NCBI GenBank assembly: GCA_043228905.1
Contig: JBHGNT010000507.1
Location: 1 to 22,191 of the forward strand
Reading direction: 5' to 3'
DNA length: 22,191 nucleotides
DNA from: Azolla caroliniana
Lineage: Eukaryota; Plantae; Polypodiophyta
Of the stretch, positions 1 to 8,275 are shown piece by piece (positions within the stretch are counted from its first letter, which is position 1; every line of letters begins with the position of its first letter). The position numbers and the translations under genes were made by a program. Below the pieces are notes generated by a model that had not been told where the DNA came from, searched no databases, and saw only the letters and a program-made list of their open reading frames with translations.

Positions 1-119
1 AGGCACTGCGAGCACCTGCAGTCCAGAGGTAGGCATCATATTCCTTCTATTAGGTTTTGGTTTTTATTAGGTATCATATTCTTTCTATTAGGTTTAGGGT
101 TGCTTCTAATAGGTACCAT

Positions 120-900
120 AAATGTGTGTATGATTAAATACATGTATGTGTGTATGATTCAATACATTTGTGTGTGTATGTGTATGATTAAATACATGTA
201 TGTGTGTGTATGATTGAATACATTTCTGTGTGTGTATGATTGAATACATTTCTGTGTGTGTATGATTGAATACATTTCTGTGTGTGATGGGTTTAGGGTT
301 ACATGTATGTGTGTATTTAAGATCTTCTTTGGGCTGTGAATGTGTGTGTTTGTTGTATGATTGAATACATTTATTTGGGAATGTGCGTGTATACATGTGT
401 ATGATTGAATACATTTCTGTGTGTGTATGATTGAATACATGTATGTGTGTATGATTGAATACATTTGTGTGTGTGATGGTTGAATACATGTATGTGTGTA
501 TTTAAGATCTTCTTTGGGCTGTGAATGTGTGTGTTTGTTGTATGATTGAATACATTTATTTGGGAATGTGTGTGTATACATGTGTATGATTGAATACATT
601 TGTGTGTGTGATGGTTGAATACATGTATGTGTGTATTTAAGATCTTCTTTGGGCTGTGAATGTGTGTGTTTGTTGTATGATGAATACATTTATTTGGGAA
701 TGTGTGTGTATACATGTGTATGATTGAATACATGTATTTGTGTATTTTAGATCTTCCATGGGCTGCGAATGTGTGTGCATGTGTATGATTGAATACATGT
801 TTGTGTGTATTTAAGATCTTCTATAGGCTGTGATTTAATACATGTATGTGTGCATTTAAGATCTCCCATGGGCTGTGTATGATTGAATACATGTATGATT
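120..900. repeat. Tandem minisatellite with core (TG)nTATGATTGAATACAT and higher-order blocks containing TTTAAGATCTTCTTTGGGCTGTGAATG
   Basis: Many visible copies of GTATGATTGAATACAT; longer blocks recur near 315, 500, 635, 745, 810 and 855. This array explains the His/Thr-rich minus-strand ORFs at 106-733. Confidence 0.95.
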
Positions 901-907
901 TTGATTT

Positions 908-973
908 TGCCAACATTTGAATGTCATTTAAATGCCAACATTTGAATGTCATTTAAATGCCAACATTTGAATG
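908..973. repeat. 25-bp tandem repeat TGCCAACATTTGAATGTCATTTAAA, about 2.6 copies
   Basis: Seen directly; a further partial copy (ACATTTGAATGTCA) lies near 1024. Confidence 0.9.
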
Positions 974-1125
974 CTTGAATTTGCCCATGTGATTCATGCA
1001 GTATTGGGCTCTTTTTTATGCCCACATTTGAATGTCAAATCTAAAATTTTGTATACATTCTTTGCGTTTTTTCTCCCTAAATAATAGTAATGTAATGAAT
1101 GCCTTTCTAAAAATGTTTTGTACAG

Positions 1126-3143
1126 ATGGCTAGTCGGTCCAAGATCTTCATAGACTTTGATGCAGATTGGGGTGAAACAATACCCTATGAAGGGAGGTAT
1201 GGCATGAATCATTTCTCTACTTTATATTGTGTATAAATAATAATGTTTGTGTGCTAACTTGAATGTTGGTTTAGGGTTTATGTAAGAAAGGGTGTTAGGT
1301 GCCCCAAATCCAATGATACGGAGGCTGAAAACATCATTACTCAAGACTCGAGCATGGATACGAACCCCATGCATGACGTGGGTCCAGGTGTTGAAGATAT
1401 CAAAGTAAATGGTGAGTTTATGTCCATTCTTATAATCATTATTGATGTAAGCATATTTTGGGTTTTTCTAATGCAAATGTGACACCATTGTTGTAGTGGA
1501 CCCTATGTCCCTCTTCAAGTGTGGAAGAGACTCAACAGGTATCAAATGTCGCACCTGTATTGTGGGAGATTCGTGTAGAAAAGAGGGGAGATGGTTTCGA
1601 AAAAAAGCGGACATGGAGGCCCATTTACAGAAGGCACATGGCATCCATGTAATACTGCCTCGGGGGCTAAAGATAGACGAAGAAGAGCAATCGACCTCCA
1701 TGAGGAGTACAGCCACATCATTCTTCAGCGAATACGAAAGACAACGATCAATAAATCGTTTTTTGGATCCGGAGCTCAAGTATAATAGATCACGCCAATC
1801 ACACATGAGGAAGTTGAGGACAAGAGCAATAAAAATCTTCAAAGCCACTCCGGACTCACTTCGAACATGCAAGGAGGCTGATTTCATTGCTCAATTCGTT
1901 AGCCAACAAATGGCCAGGTATGACGAGGGAAAGGAGCATAGGATGGCAAAAGTGAGGTTGAAGATTGCGGATGCGTCTAAAGATTATGTAAGTATGGTTT
2001 ATGATTTTGTGTGCATCTTATGTGAGTTTAAAACTTATGATTATGTGTGAATCTTATGTATGAATTGTAGTGTAAGAGTCATGGAATTCCCATACCAAAG
2101 GATGAGGCACATGTCGAGATCGATGGTGGTCAAGACCAACTGTCAGAATCGACAATGCAACAAGCAAGGAGGCCGAAAATCCAAATCCGCAGGAAAGAAG
2201 TGGACCCATGTAATTTGGAGTTCATTACATCATCTGACACAGATGAGGATGCAGACATTGGGATTGTCTTTGTTGGTCCAGGGACAATCTCGAAAACATG
2301 GGATAACTCTGCAAGAAATAAGTTCACCAGGTATGTTGTTATGCTGGGGGCATGATATCAATAGTTAACATCATGTTTGTTTAGTAGTTACTAATCTAGC
2401 CTAATAAACAGGTATCAGGTGGCATGCCGACGACTGGATGTAGCAGTCTTCTTGTCGGAGATACAACTATGTTCGTTGATCACAGTAGGGGAGATGGCAT
2501 CCACATGGATGATAACCCTCTTCCATTTATGGATGGAGTACTCGCTGCCCCCCGAGATCAACAAGCGGTTTCATATTGTGGATCCGCTATGGGTACAACT
2601 AGAAGGCCAAGGCGATAAGGTCAAAGACGTACTCACTCGTGTTCCTGAAAGGGATTATGTCTTCATTCCAATATTGAACGCAGGGCATTGGGTGCTTTGG
2701 TTGAAGATGCGACAAACTCCTACGGGTCTCGATGCCAAGGTGAGGAGCCCAATTATATTTTGTGATCCACTAAATATTCATCCGACTACCAGGGTGCGGA
2801 CATTGGGTGATTTGGCTATACGACATATCTCGAGTCGGACACATGACCATTGCATCATCAACAACGGGCAATTCCATGAATTGCGTATCCCAACCCAACC
2901 TAATGGGACCGATTGTGGGTATTACGTGATGCAAACTATTCGCATGTTGGTCGAGGAGTTGATTCAAGGATTTGAGTCCGATCAATTTGTAAGTATTTAT
3001 GAGATTTGAATTTGAGCATTTGTTTTTGTTTTTGTTGATGGCATCTTCAATTGTAGGGTAAGGAGCAATGGTTTGGATTCGAAGACGTGGAGCTCCTTCG
3101 GAAAATCATGGCAAAATGGGCACGAAGGACTTTGGGCATATGA
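1126..3143 (+). CDS. C2H2 zinc finger plus ULP1/peptidase C48 (SUMO-protease-like) protein, 532 aa, 6 exons, transposon-borne
   Basis: Exons 1126-1196, 1299-1411, 1497-1987, 2071-2330, 2412-2988 and 3057-3143 all have GT-AG junctions with compatible phases (1599 nt, no internal stop). C48 motifs: YVFIPILNAGHWVL (His), IIFCDPL (Asp), PTQPNGTDCGYYVM (Gln, Cys) and C-terminal WFGFEDVELLRK. CRTC...F-x5-M-x2-H-x4-H finger in exon 3. The ATG directly follows a CAG acceptor, so an upstream exon is possible. Confidence 0.85.
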
Positions 3144-3154
3144 CTACGTGGAGT

Positions 3155-3577
3155 CATTTTGCAATGGTTGTATATGACTCAATGTAAATCATTTTGGTTG
3201 TATATGAATCTCATTTTGGTTGTAGATGACTCAATGTAAATTGCAATGGTTGTAGATGACTCAATGTAAATCATTTTGGTTGTATATGAATCTCATTTTG
3301 GTTGTAGATGACTCAATGTAAATCATTTTGGTTGTAGATGACTCAATGTAAATCATTTTGGTTGTATATGACTCAATGTAAATCATTTTGGTTGTATATG
3401 AATCTCATATTGGTTGAATATGAATCAATTTTTGAATCTCATTTTGGTTGTATATGAATCTCATCTTGGTTGAATATGAATCAATTTTTGAATGGCATTT
3501 TGGTTGTATATGAATCTCATTTTGGTTGTGTATGAATCTCATTTTGGTTGTATATGAAAATCATTTTGGTTGTATAT
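3155..3577. repeat. Tandem minisatellite with core CATTTTGGTTGTA(T/G)ATGA, immediately 3' of the ULP1 gene
   Basis: More than a dozen copies with two alternating spacers (CTCAATGTAAAT and ATCT), beginning about 12 bp after the TGA at 3143. Confidence 0.95.
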
Positions 3578-3659
3578 TGGAATTGTTTTGGGTGTCAAAA
3601 GAATAAAACTAATAGCTTATTGACAAGTAGTCACGGCAATGGTTTTTGAGAAAGGCCAA

Positions 3660-3852
3660 GAAAGAGTAAGTATATAGAAAGAGTGTTGTAATCAAAGAAT
3701 GTTGTTGTAGAAAGAGTAAGTATATAGAAAGAGTGCTTCGGTCCTTGTTGTAAACAATACGAAAGACATAACAAGACTCAATGTCAATCTTATTCAAAGA
3801 CATAACAAGACTCGATGTCAATCTTCTTCAAAGACATAACAAGACTCAATGT
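3660..3852. repeat. Short local tandem duplications: GAAAGAGTAAGTATATAGAAAGAGTG x2 and AAAGACATAACAAGACTC(A/G)ATG x3
   Basis: Copies seen near 3660 and 3710, and near 3762, 3796 and 3829. Confidence 0.85.
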
Positions 3853-3861
3853 GATTAGTGT

Positions 3862-4253
3862 GGAGCTCGACTCATTCATGTTCATTAAAAAAGGGAGCCC
3901 CACTCATTAAAAAGGGAGCCCGACTCTAGTAAAAAGGGAGCCCGACTGATCAATGTGGAGCCCGACTCATTCTTGTTCATTAAAAAAGGGAGCCCCACTC
4001 ATTAAAAAGGGAGCCCGACTCTGGTAAAAGGGAGCCCGACTGATTAATGTGGAGCCAGACTCATTCTTGTTCATTAAAAAAGGGAGCCCCACTCATTAAA
4101 AAGGGAGCCCGACTTTGGTAAAAAGGGAGCCCGACTCATTCATGTTCATTAAAAAAGGGAGCCCCATTCATTAAAAAGGGAGCCCGACTCTGGTAAAAAG
4201 GGAGCCCGACTGATAATGTGGAGCCCGACTCATTAAAAAAGGGAGCCCGACAC
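3862..4253 (+). repeat. Array of 17 GGAGCCCGACTC-type 12-mers with A-tract spacers (higher-order unit ~95 bp)
   Basis: Motif starts at 3862, 3894, 3915, 3937, 3957, 3989, 4010, 4031, 4051, 4083, 4104, 4126, 4158, 4179, 4201, 4220 and 4242. Confidence 0.95.
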
Positions 4254-4422
4254 AGTAATAGGGAAGTGCCCAACTACGTGTAATGATGGCGTCTCAACAG
4301 TCATATTAACGACTACAGTAAATTAATTCACCAAATTCAGTAGCATGCACTAAGAGTCTTCCCATCATTCCCAATTAACCCATTCCCTTCCTTAATAGTC
4401 TATTAATCACTCGCACTCATAT

Positions 4423-4708
4423 CATTCACTCTCATTCTCGATCGTTAATCTACTCCATTCATGTGAATTATTTGAATTCATTCACTTGAATTCATTTGAT
4501 TTCATTCACTTCATTCACCTCAATCATTGGCATTCTTGATCATATTGTATTTGATTTCATTTGATCATATTGTAGGCCATTTGATTTCATTCACTCTCAT
4601 TCTCGATCATTAATCTACTCCATTCATGTGAATTATTTGAATTCATTCACTTGAATTCATTTGATTTCATTCACCTCAATCATTGGCATTCTTGATCATA
4701 TTGTATTT
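4423..4708. repeat. Direct duplication of a ~120-130 bp CATT/TTCA-rich segment directly upstream of the transposase ATG
   Basis: CATTCACTCTCATTCTCGATC(G/A)TTAATCTACTCCATTCATGTGAATTATTTGAATTC...CTTGATCATATTGTATTTG occurs at ~4423-4553 and again at ~4588-4709. Confidence 0.9.
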
Positions 4709-4711
4709 GCT

Positions 4712-7621
4712 ATGGAGAGCACAATGCATCATGGTGTCTTCGCCATGTCAGAAGATGAATTGGAGGATACGTCATGGTCATCCAATGCATCCGAGGACGA
4801 ATTGGAGGATCCTTTTGAGTCATCAGATTCCGATCGTGAGGATGAGGCGGTCGATCCCTTCATGTATTGTTCCCCCAGGTATTTTGCATTTTCAAGAGGT
4901 ACGTATAATTTGATGATTAAAGATTTATTGGGACAAGTTAAGGTAACATTGGAAGCATTACGTGATGTCGCAAGGGGAGCACCTCTTTCACTTCATGCAT
5001 GGAGGCGCATGAAGAGTCGTCTCATTCTCAGGTTTGAGAGTGCAATTTACCTTAAAGCATCACCTAATCTTCAAGTCTTATACGTCGAGAAATGGAGGGA
5101 AGTAGTATTAGCGTCACATGGTGACACATCCCATCACACGTTTTCAAAGACTCTTAAAGAGTTAAAGCTAGTTTATGCGACTGATGTACGTGATTATGGC
5201 ATCCCACCGGAGTACGTGAAAGCACTCATTACAAGTTGTGGTTGCCAAACGGTATCGAAGGTCGACTCGATAGAAGGTTTGGGATCAAGCATGGCCAAAT
5301 ATAACAAGACCCTACCCATAGAAGTGATCAAGGTAGAAACCCACCAATTAGACGATGCGCTCACGGATTTGCAAACCAAGTACCACACACGTTTAAGGAA
5401 AGGAGTCAAGAAGGGTATGCGTGTGACTAGGTATAGTTGCCATCGTGCTGGGACATCTCGACTTGCGTCTAATTCCACTCGACGACACAGGTGCACACCC
5501 CGATGTGGGTGCACATTCCATGTGGATGTTAGAATCAATAATGATGTTGACATTGAGACACTTACCATTTCAATATATGGACCTCACAGTGGTCATGTAC
5601 CATGTAGTAGGTCGGATGTGTACCATTTGCCAGTACACCCCAATGTCATAAGTTGTTGCAAAGATGACCTATTTGATGTTGGGTGTGCAAGGCATGTGGC
5701 ACGAATGAGCATGCGTAAGGAAGCATATCATAAGTCCAAGGCTAGTCCATTAGAGCTTGTTACCTATCGGTTCTTTATGATACCAAAGGAGGTCCATAAC
5801 ATGGCAAATAGGTTAAAAATCGGGAGTGTCATGACTAAGGTTGATTGGGCTTTGATGATGCAAGATGCCTATGCACTCCGAGATCTTGGGAAAGTGGCTC
5901 ATGTTCAACCCTACTTGACTGGTGAACCAGGATCTCCCCCCATACAACCATTTATCTTGATACTTCAAGATCAATGGATGTTGGAAATGTGTGAGCGGTT
6001 GACCCTAAACAACTCTTGGGCAATCGACTCGACATTTAAAACAAACCAATTCGGGCTACCATTATATGCAGCAGTTGCCCCCAACGCCATGGGAATTGGG
6101 ATCCCATTATGGTACATGCTTTGTAGTTCTGATAAGGGATCAAACCATGAGCAAGTGGCATTAGAAACTTGTTTGAGAGTCATATTCGCAAGGATGCCCA
6201 TGGTGAGGCCAAATGCGATAGTGATCGATAAATGTTGGACATCATATAATGCCATAACTAATGTGGTTGCAACAGACCGTCAATCTTGGATTGTTGTAAA
6301 TGGGCAACGGTCCCAAACACATTGTCGACTTTTGTTGTGTCAGTTTCACGCCAAAAAGTCATGGGTGGACAACTTGTTGCCAAAAGTAAGTGCAAATGAG
6401 AGAATCCATCTTTATCAACGAATGTGCCAACTGATGCAATGCATTACTGAATCATCATTCAATGCAATGTGTGAGGAGTTAAAGTTAGAATATGTGGACA
6501 AGCCCGGTGTTTGGCAATATATAGAAGGAGGATGGTGTGGCTTGACATGTGTGTGGAGGAAACTCTGGCCCAAGTTTGGTAGAATGTTCAACTATGGACA
6601 CGTTGACACTACCAATATTGTGGAAAGACATTGGCAGTTTATCAAGTATACTACCTTGAGGGGAAGAATAAACCGATCAATTACCGACCTTCTGCATGTC
6701 TTAATCGGGGATAGTGAAACTGGCACTTGCATAGGAGGAACGGTAATAGAGTGGTACAAGCAACGACAAGAAATATGTGAGAGTGGTCGGTTTGCACCCC
6801 GTGCGAATTGTAGGGATCAAAGGTCCCGACTTAAAGAAGCGGAGAGAATATTGGAAAGGTATGTCGACAATACTTCCACAATTGAAATTGTCGACGAGGC
6901 CCGATATTGGTTTAGAATCTTGAGCATGACGACTCCCACTCTATGGTATAATGTCTCACTCCAATGCTCATATTGTGATTGCCAAGACATTGTGAGTAAA
7001 TGTAAGCATTTACTAGGTATCCGAATGATTATTGAGAGGCATATGCCACATTTATGTGGCTCATTGCCTTTTATAGATCACGCGACCCAAATGCGAATGG
7101 ACCATAATACAGAAATAGAAGTGGAGGCAGAGGTAGAGCAAGTAGAGGAGACAAACCCCACAATATCCGAGATTGAATCATTCAAGTCCAAAATACAAAC
7201 GGTCATGAAAGCACTTCAATGTCTCGAGCAAGGGTTAGGAACCTTCGATCGTGCAACTATTGTCGAAGGTATACAAACATTGGAAGATGTGGCTGAGAAG
7301 GTGTATCGCGTTGGTGCACCAAAATCAACCAATAAAGAAGATGGTAGATCAATAAGTCGCAACCAACAAATCGGTGCCAAAAGAAGTGCAACAATAGACA
7401 TCTCGCAAGAACTTATTGGCAGCTCCCCAAACACTTCCAAATCCCACTCCGGAAAACTACAAAGAGGTGCTAGTCGGGCTAGGAGGAGATTGCCATTGGT
7501 TGACCATGAGAAGGTTCGGTGTTTGCGTTGTGATGGCTTGACCTTGACTTCAAGGGACTCAAATGTTACATGCTGTAAAAATTGTGGTTGCATCTTGCAA
7601 TCATCCCGACATGAGCCATAA
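4712..7621 (+). CDS. MULE/MuDRA-type DDE transposase with SWIM zinc finger, 969 aa, intronless
   Basis: First in-frame ATG of the 986-aa ORF is at 4712. Motifs (numbered on the 986-aa ORF): AIDSTFKTNQFGLPL (D456), IVIDK (D523), LLCQFH (CxxH), TTNIVERHW (E655), SWIM CDC-x6-CKH (772-783), WRKY/GCM1/FAR1-like RYSCHRAG...RCGC...HSGH (257-312), C-terminal CLRC...CKNC. Confidence 0.93.
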   Translation: MESTMHHGVFAMSEDELEDTSWSSNASEDELEDPFESSDSDREDEAVDPFMYCSPRYFAFSRGTYNLMIKDLLGQVKVTLEALRDVARGAPLSLHAWRRMKSRLILRFESAIYLKASPNLQVLYVEKWREVVLASHGDTSHHTFSKTLKELKLVYATDVRDYGIPPEYVKALITSCGCQTVSKVDSIEGLGSSMAKYNKTLPIEVIKVETHQLDDALTDLQTKYHTRLRKGVKKGMRVTRYSCHRAGTSRLASNSTRRHRCTPRCGCTFHVDVRINNDVDIETLTISIYGPHSGHVPCSRSDVYHLPVHPNVISCCKDDLFDVGCARHVARMSMRKEAYHKSKASPLELVTYRFFMIPKEVHNMANRLKIGSVMTKVDWALMMQDAYALRDLGKVAHVQPYLTGEPGSPPIQPFILILQDQWMLEMCERLTLNNSWAIDSTFKTNQFGLPLYAAVAPNAMGIGIPLWYMLCSSDKGSNHEQVALETCLRVIFARMPMVRPNAIVIDKCWTSYNAITNVVATDRQSWIVVNGQRSQTHCRLLLCQFHAKKSWVDNLLPKVSANERIHLYQRMCQLMQCITESSFNAMCEELKLEYVDKPGVWQYIEGGWCGLTCVWRKLWPKFGRMFNYGHVDTTNIVERHWQFIKYTTLRGRINRSITDLLHVLIGDSETGTCIGGTVIEWYKQRQEICESGRFAPRANCRDQRSRLKEAERILERYVDNTSTIEIVDEARYWFRILSMTTPTLWYNVSLQCSYCDCQDIVSKCKHLLGIRMIIERHMPHLCGSLPFIDHATQMRMDHNTEIEVEAEVEQVEETNPTISEIESFKSKIQTVMKALQCLEQGLGTFDRATIVEGIQTLEDVAEKVYRVGAPKSTNKEDGRSISRNQQIGAKRSATIDISQELIGSSPNTSKSHSGKLQRGASRARRRLPLVDHEKVRCLRCDGLTLTSRDSNVTCCKNCGCILQSSRHEP

Positions 7622-7806
7622 TCTTAATATGTAACGTGTATATTCATATTTCATTTTAGGGTTGTCAACATTTGACATTTTAATATTTTATGTAAGACTT
7701 GTTATTTGAATCTTTAGGTTTTGTTGAGAAATTTTATGATCAGTTTCATGGCAAATATTTGTTGTACACTTACAATTTTGTGGAGTTTTTGATGTTTGTT
7801 GCTACA

Positions 7807-7983
7807 GAGTCGGGCTCCTTTTGACAGAGTCGGGCTCCTTCTTACTGATGTGATCTGACAGCGGGGCTCCTTCTGACAGAGTCGGGCTCCCTCTTGCATA
7901 GGCTGTCTGACAGCGGGGCTCCTTTTTGACAGAGTCGGGCTCCCTGTGGCAGAGTCGGGCTCCTTTTCGCAGAGTCGGGCTCC
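7807..7983 (-). repeat. Subterminal array of 8 GAGTCGGGCTCC-type 12-mers (reverse complement of the 3862-4253 motif)
   Basis: Copies start at 7807, 7827, 7859, 7879, 7911, 7932, 7952 and 7972. Confidence 0.95.
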
Positions 7984-8121
7984 TTCTGACAGACGTTGTC
8001 AGCTTTTTATCCATCTTGGACGGTGGAGATCGAACGCGCCATCAGCGATGTGACCTGCACCGTCCCTCTCCGCGATTCCCTCACTTGCCCTCTTTAATAT
8101 TTGGTAGCAGTTAGTCACGAG

Positions 8122-8228
8122 CATACATCACACATCACACATCATACATCATAACATCATACATCATAACATCATACATATATACATACACACATGCATG
8201 CATGCATGCATGCATGTATGTATGTATG
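8122..8228. repeat. Compound simple repeat (CATCA/CATA)n-(ATGC)n-(TATG)n upstream of the host gene
   Basis: Seen directly between the element end and the ATG at 8276. Confidence 0.85.
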
Positions 8229-8275
8229 ACATGTGTTGTGTCAAGTCAAAGGCTCTGATCCACAGAGCCAGAGAC

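Larger units (their letters stand above)
1..8092 (+). mobile_element. Mutator-like (MULE/MuDR superfamily) DNA transposon carrying a transposase and a ULP1-like protease gene (Kaonashi/VANDAL-like layout); left end probably beyond the window
   Basis: MULE DDE transposase at 4712-7621; co-oriented ULP1 gene at 1126-3143, a known MULE passenger; internal tandem arrays; subterminal repeat array at 7807-7983; GC-rich tail ending ...CCCTCACTTGCCCTC at 8092, followed by AT-rich TTTAATATT. No matching left TIR is present in the window, so both boundaries are inferred. Confidence 0.8.

Noticed and set aside
106-733. His/Thr-rich minus-strand ORFs
   Set aside because: They are translations of the tandem minisatellite, open in all three minus frames, with no independent coding evidence.
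3862-4253. CRISPR-like repeat-spacer array
   Set aside because: The repeats are only 12 bp, the spacers are short and themselves repeated, no cas genes are present, and the context is eukaryotic.
4260-4268. AGGGAAGTG as a left TIR matching the right end (reverse complement GAGGGCAAGTG)
   Set aside because: Only a 9-of-10 gapped match with no extension and no TSD, and the motif array would fall outside it.
4661-4711. TTG-initiated N-terminal extension of the transposase
   Set aside because: It lies in the duplicated leader repeat; in a eukaryotic gene the first ATG at 4712 is preferred.
5194-7593. Antisense ORFs within the transposase (5194-5568, 5971-6255, 7216-7593)
   Set aside because: Shadow ORFs of a long coding frame with no recognisable motifs.
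7714-8114. Short ORFs with repeated RSPTL/GARLC peptides
   Set aside because: Artefacts of the subterminal repeat array.
8252-8262. GCTCTGATCCA resembling a reverse tRNA-Met primer-binding site
   Set aside because: One base is missing and there is no adjacent LTR; it sits in a gene leader.
8198-8275. Upstream in-frame ATGs (MHACMHVC...) for the host gene
   Set aside because: They arise from the (ATGC)n microsatellite; MASAMAPSS at 8276 is a typical transit-peptide start.
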